In this document: piece after piece, positions 28,330 through 40,492 of the stretch | Layout: the number at the start of each line of letters is the position of its first letter | Position numbering within the stretch: the stretch's first letter is position 1 | Assembly (NCBI GenBank): GCA_030704615.1 | Contig: CM060731.1 | Location: forward strand, 45,198,001-45,262,000 | Length of the DNA stretch: 64,000 nt | Direction: 5' to 3' | Origin: Takakia lepidozioides | Lineage: Eukaryota; Plantae; Bryophyta | Made by a program: the position numbers and the translations under genes | Notes under the pieces: model-generated | Told to the model about the DNA's origin: nothing | Seen by the model: the letters and a program-made list of their open reading frames with translations, nothing else | Database searches by the model: none

Positions 28330-30450
28330 CCTCACCAGTACTTATTCAATCTCAGACATAGCAAGCCTCTTTGGTTACTTCTATCTGGGTTGTATTGCGG
28401 TGTTTGATCTTCGTGCACTAACAATCTCAAGCTAGACCCACCCTGGAAATCCACCACAATTGCCTCAAGGTTGAATGACTCCAAAATTGTTATGGGTCAC
28501 CAATGGAGAGAATTCCTTACATATAAGATAAACAAGAAAAAAAATGGCAAGAGAGCCAGGAAGAAGAAGGGGAAGTATTGAGAAGAATTAAGAGAGGATC
28601 CCTTCGGTTAAAATCATGCCAGGAAGCATACAAGGAATGAATTCTAGACCAAATGAAAGAGGCAAAGGGATAGGATATGAAACAGTGTAGGTAAGTCTCC
28701 ACTTCCCCCAAAGTGCAAGATTTGCACAAGTTGTCAGGAGCCAATTGAGTGAAGGAAAGGGGAAGAATGTGATTGCAGAGCTTCCACACGAAGCCTGATA
28801 TCTTGGCAGCACGTTGCTTCTTCCAGACATCTATCCAAATGAGCTTCCAAGCTGATTGAGGGACTGAGATAGCAGTAATTGGATAGGGGTTTTGAACCCT
28901 ATCTTGGCACTGTAAGCAAAAAAGGGCTTGGGAGTATCCTACACATGCCAGCACCATTCCCCGGGATCCCACTGGAGATGGGCCAGGGGGGTATTAAGAA
29001 ACCAAAACACCGAGACTGCCTACCCCCATTGCAGTAAAGTTCATGCCCCGTTGTACACTGGGTTAAGTGCACCTACAGAATCAATGATTCTAACCGCAAA
29101 GGTAGTGTCATACTAGCAAAATATAGATCCAACACACATGAGAGAACCTTCTGAACTGGCAGCAAAACCAATGCCCGAAGCGACCTGACTTTGAATCTCC
29201 GAAACATAAATAATACTGACAGGAATGCCCCCCAAGCAACCACGCTAGGCAGGGGGATACCAATGATCCTGGCTAGGAGAAAGAAGAGAAGACCAGCGCA
29301 AGGTTACCGCATCATGAATGAAGGGCCAGCCCTTGGAGAGAGAGATGGGGTGCAGAAAATCAGACCAGCGGTCACAGGAGGACATACCCGAACCCTCCCA
29401 AATATCCTGTACCAAAGAAATGTTGGCCCTATCCCAATTAGCCCACCGAGCAGAGCAAGAGGTCAGGACCTCACAATCCAGCTGGAGATTCCCAAAAATT
29501 GGTTGCCTAATGGCCTCATCCCAAGACCTGGGGGGTTTTCGATAGAGATATTCACGAAGACGCGTCCATGCCCTCCAAATGGCTTGCCAAGCCAAGGAGC
29601 CCACAGACTGCTTGGAGTTTCGAGAACCCCCCTGCACCAACCAACGGAAATTGGGGACCCAAGCCGGGCTAGAGGAAGGAATCGACTGCTGGATATTAAG
29701 CCAAACCAAGAACTTCCAGGGGCCAACACCCGGCAAGAAGGCCCTAGGTATCCACTTACCTAGAAGAGCTGTAATCTCATGATCCAGATCTAGGATACCT
29801 AGACCCCCCCTTTTTTTTTAAGCATAACTGGGACCAGGACCAAGAACTTCCAGGGGCCAGCACCCGGCAAGAAGGCCCTAGGTATCCACTTACCTAGAAG
29901 AGCTATAATCTCATGATCCAGATCTAGGATACCTAGACCCCCCCTTTTTTTTTAAGCATAACTGGGACCAGGAGACCAAAGCACGCTTAGCAACCGAGGC
30001 ATCACAGGCCCCCCACAAAAAATTGCTATGGATTGGAGGATAATAGGGCCAGGATCCCAGATTGAGGCAATAAACCAAATTGCCGCCGACAATACTTGAT
30101 TAGCAACAAGAGCCCTTCCTGTAATGGACAATTGAGAAGAACACCAAAAAGTCAATCGGATTTTGAGGGAATGAAGGATCGGGGCGAAACGGTCCTGTTG
30201 AGAGAGACCATGCCTTATCAAGTGCCCAAGAAGCTTGCAGGATTCACCCTCCTTAAGCCAACGAAGGCCTTTATCCATGCCCCATTCAGGCAGATGAGAA
30301 GAAGCAGTATTTGACGTCCTGGAAAGTATACCTACACATTTGGCCTAGTTGACTTTAAAGCCAGAAGCCAGACAAAACCAGTCCAAAGTGTTTAAAGCAG
30401 ACTCAATGTTGAGAGGGTTATCATTGCGAAGATAGAAGACTTATTGGTAG
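28330..30450 (-). mobile_element. 5'-truncated, degenerate L1-clade LINE (RT C-terminus and zf-RVT)
   Basis: LDWFCLASGFKVN*AK; CKLLG...LSITGRALVANQVLSAAIWF; KISGFVWKLCNHILP...CKSC...ETYLHCF. Many stops and frameshifts. Confidence 0.85.
29705..29972. repeat. 134-bp tandem duplication inside the L1
   Basis: ACCAAGAACTTCCAGGGGCC...AAGCATAACTGGGACCAGG repeated at 29705 and 29839, nearly identical. Confidence 0.9.
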
Positions 30451-31826
30451 AGGGACGTAAACTGTGGGAGGGGCTTTTTATCACAGTTTGCAGATGTTAT
30501 AAGGAGCGGCAGGATGCCCTTCTACCGCAGTTTGATGCCAAATGGGGGCACAATGGACTTCTTTGTGAAAGACAGGGTGAAGGAGTCTCCTGGGCATCAA
30601 GACCTCCAGTCGACCGGTGACTCCCCCAACCATTGGGCCTCCCCCGCTGAGATTGAAGATAGGGACATCAACTGGCGTCACCAAAAACAACGGGTTTCCA
30701 ATGTGAGGGCGCATTTAGACTTCGAGCTCGACAACACTAGGCGCTGACTTTTCTTCTTTGTGGCTAGAAAACCAAGAACTCGCATGGTTTTTCTGGCAAT
30801 CTTCTTGCCAACAGGGCCTTTTCTTTCTGGCTGGGATTGGCCTGTTTTTCTGCTTGCATAGGATGTGTTCTTGGGTTGGCAGTTCGGCCTTGTTCCCGTG
30901 CAGGTTCCTATAGGATCATGTTATGTGCTCACAGTCTAGAGCCTTCTGGTCTGCCTCTTGCTCCACTTCGGTGGCTACTTCTGCTCCTGTTTGATGTCGG
31001 GCGCCTACCTTTATGGCTTTGGTTGTTCTCAGGTTGGGCTATTTTCTCCCTGCCTGACTGAGGGGGGGGGGGCTGGTAGTCCACCCCTAGCCCTTCATCA
31101 CAATAGGTTCAGCTCAGCCCTTCCATTAGACTGGCTTGCTCTGTTAGGCTGCTAGGCAAATCCAACCTTGGTTTCTGATGTTTAAGTTCTGCTGTTTAGT
31201 TCTCAAACCTTTTAACTCCCTGGAGCATGGCTTCCTGATCTTCAGGGCTTCAGGGTGGTAGCAAAGCTTGCCTTGGTGGCCTGTTAGGGTGTTACCCAAT
31301 CTTACAAGATGTATGCCTTATGGCCTTGTGTCCTGGTTATTTTTTCCACGACATCCTTTATTAATATGATTTGCAGGGCTTCCACCCCTGTTCGTTTAAA
31401 AATAAAAAATAAAAAATCACCTAACAAGGTGAAATTTTTTCACTCCCGAAACCTACTACCCCTTGGAACTAAGGGGAGGCTACCCACCTACCACCATTTA
31501 TCCACAAAAATTCACCGAACATACATGGCCTCTACACCATCTTCTCAAATTTTAGGAATTTCCACAGTTGAGTTTGAGAGATTTTATTGATTTTTGGAGA
31601 CGTTTTCTTTTTTTTGGGTTTGAAAAAATCCTTTAAAAATCCCTAAGCCACATCCTCCTCGGTATCCGGTAGCAACCTGAATGCCTGCGACACTGTGACA
31701 TCTATTCTCAGTAATTTCCAGCAGTGCTGGATAAGCTTGGGAAATCGATGTCTTTGTTGGGACTCCAGCAGAGTCTCTACAGCATAAGAGATGAGCTCAC
31801 AGTTTTTGCAGTAATATAAATCTTAA

Positions 31827-32648
31827 CCCTTAATTTCCCAAGCGACCTGAATCGGGTCACTTTGAATTTGCAGGTCGACCTAATTTTTGCAGATCTAATC
31901 TGATGGGGGTCACTCCTGAAGCTTTAATGACAAGGGATTTGTCTAGAGTATGATGCAAAAAACTAAACTAAAAAAAATCAAAAGCTACTACCTACAAAAA
32001 ATATCTTAGATCTCTCAGTTACGTTTTGGGGCCTGAAAAGGGCTTGTTGACCGCTGATGTGGCAGTAAACAAGCCCAAAACAGATTGCACTCCAAAGGCC
32101 ATTTTTGGCAGAAAATTAGCAATTTTGGAAAAAGCACTTCACCTTGTGGTGTGTGAGCATTAGATACACACATCCACCATTGGCTTTTAAAAAATTTGTA
32201 GAAAAAAAAGTACTTCATTTGGAGGCACATTTTCTCCCGTCAATTTTGAGATTTCAACCCCCATGTAATTGCATGCATAGCAAGCATAGGTGAAAAAATC
32301 AGTTGGACCTGCAATTTAGTGGGGTCATAGCCACTCCACTATTGATTTGGAATGGTGGGTCTTGGGGCAAGCAAAATTGGATAAAGCTAGGTTTTGATTT
32401 GGTCAAACCAATTTCTTTCTCACTTTTTCTTTGGGACCTGATATTTGAAGTCCGGGCCAACGCTATAATCTCACAATTTCCATGGTGGACTTGGCTCATT
32501 TTTGGGTATGTCATGCATAAATGAGCTGGGCCCATTGCTATAAGGCTGGAATGTCTTGATGATTTTTGGTAGGTTTCTAGGGGCAATTTACTGCAGCTGG
32601 GTACCCAAAATTGGTAAAATGTCAAAAAAGGGCTTGGGAACTCAAGGG
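31827..32648 (-). mobile_element. Non-autonomous piggyBac-like MITE, copy 2 (822 bp)
   Basis: TTAA|CCCTTAATTTCCCAAGC ... GCTTGGGAACTCAAGGG|TTAA; end-to-end reverse-complement homologue of 14151-14969. Confidence 0.85.
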
Positions 32649-33941
32649 TTAATAAGAGACACACTTGCTCTCGGCTTTTTGGCTACTAAAATGACTACTT
32701 GCCCAACGCGACCGGAAAAAGCCCTATGGATGGCTTCCGTTAACGTCCGAAATTTGTTACCGCAGACTTGTTTGATAGTAAACGTGCACAATGTATATCT
32801 CGTTAGGTTCATTTTCCGAGAGTTCCGAGTCCAGCTACTTCTTTTTTGTAACTTAGAGGAAAAGTAGACGATTTCCAAGTCTGACGAGAGAAAGAGGAAG
32901 GTCCAAGGTTGCGGGGCCCAGCACTCTCTGACATGACAGTGTAGCCGCAGACAAGCACTCGAGCGACCAATCTGACAAACTCAGCTCCAATTGCAAGCTC
33001 CGTTGTGAAAAGCAACCCTGACACTTTGTGGAGTCCCACGTCCGTCACAGGAAAAGCAACGCCCTGGTATACAGAGTCAGATCTCTATTAGGTACTGCTA
33101 ACTGACCCAGACCCGCCGTTGCGGAAACCGCCAAGTTTACGTGCAGTTTTAGAAGTTGTCAGTGATCGGATTCTTTTTGGTTTGTGTGACTGTCAGAAAA
33201 TATGGGGGACGTAAAGACGAAGAAGATTCACTTCGTCCACCAGAGACTTGCAACCCAGAGAGACCGGAGAAATGCAAACCTGCGGACGGATGCAATGAAT
33301 GATGAGTGATCCTTGTGAGAGTTGATTCCTCTCGATCCACCGATTCAGGTACTAAGCTTTATGGCGGCTCTATCATGCTTGCAGATTGGACCACACAAAA
33401 CGGATTTCTCATGTTATGAGATGTGCCATTCATTTTTGGTTGTTCTCATGGTGTGGTTTGGCGTGCGATGCGGTCCACGATGAGAATACGGAATTATCTA
33501 CACAAGTCCGGGAAATAATTTCAGTTGAACCAGGCAGTGGCCGCTCATTCCCAGCAGCAATCGGCTAAGTGGGTTGGGCAGTCGGTTGCTGCCCCTTAGT
33601 GGTAACTATACCCGGTCAATTTCCGAGATAATTTCTTTACAACCGGTAATATTCCTAATGATTTATTTTGTGTTCAGCTATAAATCCGTCCCTTATAAAT
33701 ATCAACCTGTTGACAACACAAGTGTCAAATGCACAACAACAAGTTAATAATAATAATAATAAATAATCACAACCAGTTTTAAGCAATTCAAACAAGTGAA
33801 GAACATTGTATCCTTATAGAAGTTGGACCTGTCAATGCCTTCAAACCACATGGAGGCCAAGAATTGAACCCGCGTGGACAGGTGAGCTGTGATAGCAGGC
33901 AGCGAGTGTAGGGCTGGGGGCTGCCAGAGCAACGTCCAGAC

Positions 33942-35099
33942 CAGTGCTGTGCGGGTATATTGATTTCAATATACCCTTAGGGTATAAGTAAGTTATTTTT
34001 GTCAAATCATTTACCCTCTGGGTAGGGATAAATTGAAATCTCAAAATTTTATTTACCCTCCGGGTATGGGTAAATTAACTTTTCAGATTTCTATATAACC
34101 CCCGGGTATGGATATATATGCCAAAATATACCCTGAGGGTATGAATAGTTTCCGGGTATGGATAGTTATTTCCATTAATATACAATTTAATGGTTTTAAA
34201 GAATATATGGTGTTCTTCAATATGTACAAAACACAAAAAAAAAACAATGTATGGTAAAAGAGAAAATTGATAAGATATTGCATAATATTTTGGTGTTAAT
34301 TTCCAATGCAAGATGGAGGAGGTTTGAGATTTTTTTAAAAGCACATCGGCTGGTAGCTCAGCTGGTAAGTGCACAGTGTGTGTCACTCAGGTGGTTCGGG
34401 GTTCGAACCCGCTGCCCTGCCCTGTGTGTGGGATTGTTCGTGTGTGACGGCATGTCTGGGCGTTGATCGTCCCGTAGGTCTCATGGCCCATAAATGAAAG
34501 GGGGTTAATCTTTCCCGCTCCTCAAGGGCCTAAATTGTGGGCTGTCGCTCCCATATTTCCTTAAATAAATAAAAACCCCCCAAGGACCTAAATTGTGGGC
34601 TGTCAGGTTTTCTTTTATGTACATATTTCCTTAAATAAATAAAAACCCCCCAAGGACCTAAATTGTGGGCTGTCAGGTTTTCTTTTATGTATATATATAT
34701 ATGCGAGATCTAAAGAGGTATTGAAGGGTTATATGACATTTAAGGAATGATATATATGTAACATTTGTTGTAGCTGTGATTGGAGCTTTCTTATAGCTGA
34801 AGGCTCCCTAACAACACAACAAAAAGCGAAAAGACCTAGCACATAAAGGCTATAAAGGCCCTTATATACCCTGATTAGATATACCCTTCATTTTAACATA
34901 TACCCTTCAGGAAAGTAGGGTATATTGAGGGTCTTGATGCAGGGTAAATATAAGGATAAGGGTATATCATAAAAATATACCCTGATATAAGGGTATACCT
35001 TGGGGTACCTAAACTTGCCACACCAGGGTATATATATATCAATATACTGATATACCCGGCGGGTATATCAGGGTACTTCATATACCCGCTTCAACACTG
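33942..35099. mobile_element. Non-autonomous hAT element A (1158 bp, GGGTAT/ATACCC-rich)
   Basis: Termini CAGTGCTGTGCGGGTATAT / ATATACCCGCTTCAACACTG; 8-bp TSD GTCCAGAC at 33934-33941 and 35100-35107. Confidence 0.85.
34345..34575 (+). mobile_element. tRNA-derived SINE nested in hAT element A
   Basis: A box TAGCTCAGCTGG (34354), B box GGTTCGAACCC (34400) and A-rich end TAAATAAATAAAAA; followed by a ~69-bp tandem duplication to ~34690. Confidence 0.65.
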
Positions 35100-35107
35100 G
35101 TCCAGAC

Positions 35108-35737
35108 CAGTGTTGGACTGGTATGTCCATTTTTTAATACCAGACTGGTCCCACCCCTTTTTCATACCAGGCTGGTATAGGTATCTATACAGGTATGAGC
35201 AACTTGGGTATGAATCTGGTATGAGTAGTTGTACTTTGGGCTGTATATGAGTATGGTACTGGTATTGCTCTTTCTCTGTAGTGATACTGGGGGTTATGAG
35301 CACTGGTATAGTATTTCTACACCTCACCATACATAGAAATAAATGTCATTTTGCACATAGCTAATTTTAATCCAAGCCCTGAAACACTAGGCAAAGGTAA
35401 CCCAAAGTAGCAGCAAATGAAGTCTAAATTGCAACATGGAGCCTTGAATTAACCAAATTGTAGTACAGGGTATAACTGGCTGCACTAACATATACTCATA
35501 CCTACCTCCATTCGCCATGAACTCACCGCAATACTGGTATCGGGACCATGCTATTCCTCCATATGCCCAGACTGGTATGGTATGTGTGCGGGGAATCCTA
35601 AAGCCATACTCCCCCAGCAGCACGTGTATCACGTGGGTACACTCGTTCTTACATACCCGACTGGTATGTTCTTCAATATATATATTCATACCTGTATTCC
35701 ATACCTAGGTTAAACCAGGTATACCAGTCCAACACTG
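35108..35737. mobile_element. Non-autonomous hAT element B (630 bp, CTGGTAT-rich)
   Basis: Perfect 17-bp TIR CAGTGTTGGACTGGTAT; 8-bp TSD GTCCAGAC at 35100-35107 and 35738-35745. Confidence 0.9.
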
Positions 35738-38700
35738 GTCCAGACTTAGTAGGGTTTGCCCGCGGCCCGCCCTCTTGAGTTCAATATTTTTCACCTAAAC
35801 GCCCTTCCTCGGATGTAGCCCGGCCTGGCACGTTGGATTTTTGCCATGTGGCGGACTTAGACGGGCATTTCCGTTTTTTGTAATATAAGAAGGGCCGTCC
35901 AGGCCTTGCCAACTAAGGCAGATTTCCTGTCTGTAATGAAATGGAAAGGCAAATATCCTTCCTAAAAGTAGGGCACCCGGTTGATTTCCGCTTCGGCCAT
36001 TTTTTCCCTAGGATCCATTTCCTGAGGTTTCATATTTCATTCGGAAATTCTGGAATTCAGTCGGCTAGCATGTAACTGGCTGCTGGTTTGCCCCCTTGGT
36101 TGGTTATACTTACTCGGATCCGCTACATTGAGATACACCGATCATTCCAGAGTTGAGTACAAAGGCTTGATGTGGGTGCGTGTATCTACGTATCTACCTG
36201 TGGGTTGTTCGTATCCGACCCAGTTGAGCGGCATTTTACATTCTTGCAGCTCTCGGACACACTAAGCCAACGGTGGAAGATCATTCGAGCTTTGAGTAAA
36301 AATTTGACTGTATCCACTTTTTGGTTCAGGCGGGGGGCGTGCTATGTGGTCCATAGTCCATACGGCATGACTACGATCCATACTAAAGTCTTTACACTAC
36401 CGGGAGACGCTAAACCAACTGCGGAAAGATCCTTCCGGCTTTGAGTATATCCACAATACGTTTCACAATGTTCCAACTGTAGACAATACAGTGGAGACTA
36501 TGAGAGTCTATGTTGGACTAATCTACATTGCAGTTAATAGACAATCAGGACATACCTATACTATGTATTCATGCCTACCCAACCAGGATTGTGGGTGATC
36601 AAGACCTCAAAAAAGCAGAGGAGGATTGGTGACTCGTGAGACTTATCGGCGGTGCGAAATTAGAGCAATGTGGTGAGATGGGGGGTCACCGATGAGCGTG
36701 AGATGGGGTCAATGAAGGAAGTCGGTGCTGAGTCGGTGCTCACTGATATCCAGGTAGGTGGGGCCCCGCCCCTCCAGAAGTCTATGAAGTCACAAGCGGT
36801 GGAGCCAAGTGTGCCAGCAATGGAGCCGCCTAGCAGCTTCCACAAGGGGGCACACTAGCCAAGACACGCCTTAAGTATATAGTAATGATATGGCTTTCCA
36901 GTCTTTTATATTAATTGGGAATGCAGCAGCCCAATTGGGAAGACATTCTTTGTCACTTTTCCTTATTCGCCAATAGAGCATTTTGCTGTGCACCACGTTT
37001 GAGAGGATCAAAGTCTTGCTCAACCCTGGTGTGACGTAGCAACCGGTTGCAGTAGGCTTATGAACCAGTTTGTATTTGACCCTACAATAATGGCCGCACA
37101 CAGTCTGTGGATTACAGCGCTGGGGTGCGGCAAGCACCCTGGGAAAAGCCCACAGCTTAGAGAACGATTGACCGATTGAACCCCTACAGTACTCTCGTAT
37201 GTTTGTGAGAAGCCAATAACTTCCATTGTATGCAGGCAGTACTCACCACGACAGAGAAGACTGCAAGTAACGTGCAGGCAAATCCCCTGGCGATGGCGAT
37301 GCTTGCGCTGCTCAATTTGACCTGCATCTATTGTCATTCGGTTACTTCCGATGACGATCACGTATTTTGGCAGCGGATCTATAGAAGCTCTCTAGAGAAT
37401 CAAACCATGCTTACTTAATCCACTGCAGCCTAACTCCCGATGATCAGTACTCCCTGTTGGAAAGGAGATTCGTAAGACAGATGCTCGACCTGGGCAGTGA
37501 TTAGGATAAGTCCATCCTCCAATACCGCAGTGTGAAAAGGACATTTCTGACCTTGTTGAAGCATTTAATAGGGGGCTGGGCCTGCTATTCTGAGCAGCTC
37601 ACTACGGAAAACAATACTTTAAAAAAAAACCAAAAAAACAATAGGACGTGAAGCGTGCGACATTCGCCGGATCCAGGCGAAAGTCAAATCCTTCCCACGC
37701 TTGTAACCTACTGTATACCCGAATGGAGTTACATTCCCACCCAGTGTCACCCCTCAGTTCCATGTCACTCTTGAAGGGGGTGGGGATCATTTGACATGCC
37801 AGCAAGGGGCATAACGTCCTGTCAGCAAAGATTGCACGTGTGAGTCTTTTTATTTCTTATTTGATTTTTATTTTCTGTAAGTATGATGACTCTGTGCCAG
37901 ATGGTTCCTTGCAAATCTCAGGATTACTATTATCTCATACTACTCTAGTTGAATGAAATAATCCTATTCTGAGAAGGTTCTGAAGGGAATAACTATATTA
38001 TATGCTCTTCCGATATTACCCCCACAAAACATTTCAGTATATTACCCTAAATTGGGAAACAAACTTTGGAGCAAGCTATTTATACATCAACGCGTCTGAA
38101 AAGAGCTTTTTCCCAACCAGTTGGACATTAACTTACTCACGTTGGGGGGTCTGTGGAAAACCATGGCATGTCCTGATAAGGAACCTTTCAAACCATGAAA
38201 ACCAAAAACAAAACTGTAACTATGCCTTGTGGCCTTTAGGGGTTGTTGTATTTGTCCTCCCACGTTGTTTCTGTATAGGGGAAGTCACTGGCCCCAGATA
38301 CTTCCGCCTTTTGAGGTTTGCGAACGAGGGCGTAGCCTGAGTGAGCAAAACCAAGAAAGGCAGAAGTACCGAGGAGGAATGGTGACTTCCCCTGCGTAAA
38401 GGTTTTCTATCTTTTCTAGGAGGAAAAAAACAAGAAGCAAAGAAATAGAAAGACAAAGAAAATAAAAGAAATGGGCCCAGGAATAAAGTTTCCAGTGCTC
38501 TATAAATAAATAAAAATAAAAATACAGGGAATTTCCTGTAAGATCCCGCCTCGGGAAATTCTGCTCCAGAAGATCACTAAAAACACAAAGGAAAAAAGCT
38601 GGAAATTCCTTACCTACCGTCTACCTGGTTAGGTTGCTCCATCTGCTATTTCTTATCTACTCTGCAAATCTTAAGTAGGCATGTCAACTGATACAAAATT

Positions 38701-40003
38701 TCTAGTCCCTCCTCCACTAAATGGGCCTCAGGTCATTTCATCAATTTAAATATATTTACTTTAATAAACCTATTAAACTTCCTGTTCTTATCATTGTTGT
38801 CTTTTTGCAGGTATAGATAAGATTTGATTTTCTTAAAAAAGATAAGATCTAGCTATATATTGTTAAACACAATTTGGGATGCTCTTCAAAGAAAAAAAGA
38901 AAAAGAGAAAACCAATACTACTTCTTTATGTTGGTTGATGTTTAAGCTGTTCATTCATATTGTTAACTCCCCACGTGTAACACTTATCCAGGTTTGGCCA
39001 CCGTACATACTACATACATAGATTCCTTGATCATGGAGCAAAACAAAATCAACATATTACATGTTCTCAAAACAAAATTATAATTATATATATATATATA
39101 TCTGTGTGTGTGTGTGTGTTTGGTTAACAGGGGAATATTTCCTTTACTTACATGTATTTGGAATACTGAAAATATTAATATATTATACATTTCCCGAATA
39201 TGTATGTTTTTTTCCCTCCTATCCATAAAATAAACGAGGTCATTTTTTCATCACTTAAGCAGGTACCCCCAGTTGGTTGGGTATTTGTCCCTTGCCTCTG
39301 CAGAACCTGGGTGATCCTGGGTTCAATCATTCAACATGTGCTTTCAACCCGTCCATTGGCCCCTCGATGGGCTGTGTGTTGAGCAGTAGGCTCTGTAACT
39401 TCACTGGACGTTAAACAAACATTACTCTACTTATCATGGGCCAATTGGGGAAGGCTGCCTTTGAGTTTTATCAAAAAACCAAAAATGAATAAAAAAGGAG
39501 TTCTCCTCCTTCTTCAGAACAGGTGAAAAGGGTGGCACCGCCAAGTGCGCATATAATAAGGATAGGGTGCGAGGTGGCAAAGGGTGAAGTGGCAAACAAG
39601 AGCCTGCGCAGCAGCAGTGCGGCCCCGCACGCTATATGCATTCAATGCCTGCCATCACTCCGCACTTCTGATCTTCCCCTCTTTCCTGCTGCAAGGAGCT
39701 ATACCGGAGCCCGTGAGGTGGTGTGAATTGTTCCACTGTTATGCTGTACATTTCTCGGAAGTAGGAGTCGGCGTGTGAGTGTATTGTGTTGGCGTCGGTG
39801 GCTTGCTGGTCTGGAGAGCTATAGGAGAGACCAGCGGATGTGAGGCGTTAGTTTAGGTCAAAAGCTCGTCTTGTTTGGTGAGAGAGTCCTTGTGTGTGCT
39901 TTTGACAGTTGTCTCCGTGACGTAGTGATAGTTGAGATCAGTTGAGATCTTTACAACAAGCTTGCATTTGTGTGAACGGGTGGAAGCGCGCAGTGTAGTC
40001 ACG

Positions 40004-40492
40004 ATGGGAAACACGGCAATTAGCAGAAACAAGGGGGACAGTGAGGGTGTGACAGTGCTGCAAGCAGATGGGAAAGTTCTTACAGTCTATCACACGATTC
40101 GCGTGGCGGATTTGATGATAGGCTTCCCCAACCATTTTGTTTGCCACTCAAATTCCCTGGTTCTTCTGCAACAGGGCAAGATTTTACCGCTTCACACTGT
40201 CTTAACTCCAGGGGAGATCTACTTCCTTCTTCCTCTGCCAGGTCGTCAGGCAATGTATGAGGCCTCTTCAGACGACACTGAGACTTCTTCCTTGTTACAC
40301 GTAGAGACTCCACCTCGGTCCTCGCAAATTAGTGGGAGCATGAAGTTCGTCATTTCCAAAGAGCAGTTTGCAAAGATCATTGAAGGCTCCTCTAGCACAA
40401 ACAGACCGAACGCGCAGAACACTCCATCAGCCAAGAGACCGATGATGTGGCAACCAGGACTCGCAAGCATTGCGGAAGTGACCGCTAAATGA
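40004..40492 (+). CDS. DUF4228/PADRE-domain protein, intronless, 162 aa
   Basis: MGN start (putative N-myristoylation), V+..DG+V......V.DLM..FP.HFVCHS, L.PG.IYFLLP and C-terminal WQPGLASIAE, the family signature. Confidence 0.9.
   Translation: MGNTAISRNKGDSEGVTVLQADGKVLTVYHTIRVADLMIGFPNHFVCHSNSLVLLQQGKILPLHTVLTPGEIYFLLPLPGRQAMYEASSDDTETSSLLHVETPPRSSQISGSMKFVISKEQFAKIIEGSSSTNRPNAQNTPSAKRPMMWQPGLASIAEVTAK

Noticed and set aside
34345-34420. Functional tRNA gene (also considered at 28144-28215)
   Set aside because: A and B boxes are present but there is no canonical cloverleaf or anticodon arm; the context indicates SINE heads.
37680-37800. Imperfect hairpin as a miRNA precursor or MITE
   Set aside because: Only ~16 bp of imperfect pairing, and no recognisable conserved miRNA or TSD.
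39260-39432. Additional degenerate SINE (weak A/B boxes, GGACGTTAAACAAAC end)
   Set aside because: The boxes are too degenerate and no TSD was found.
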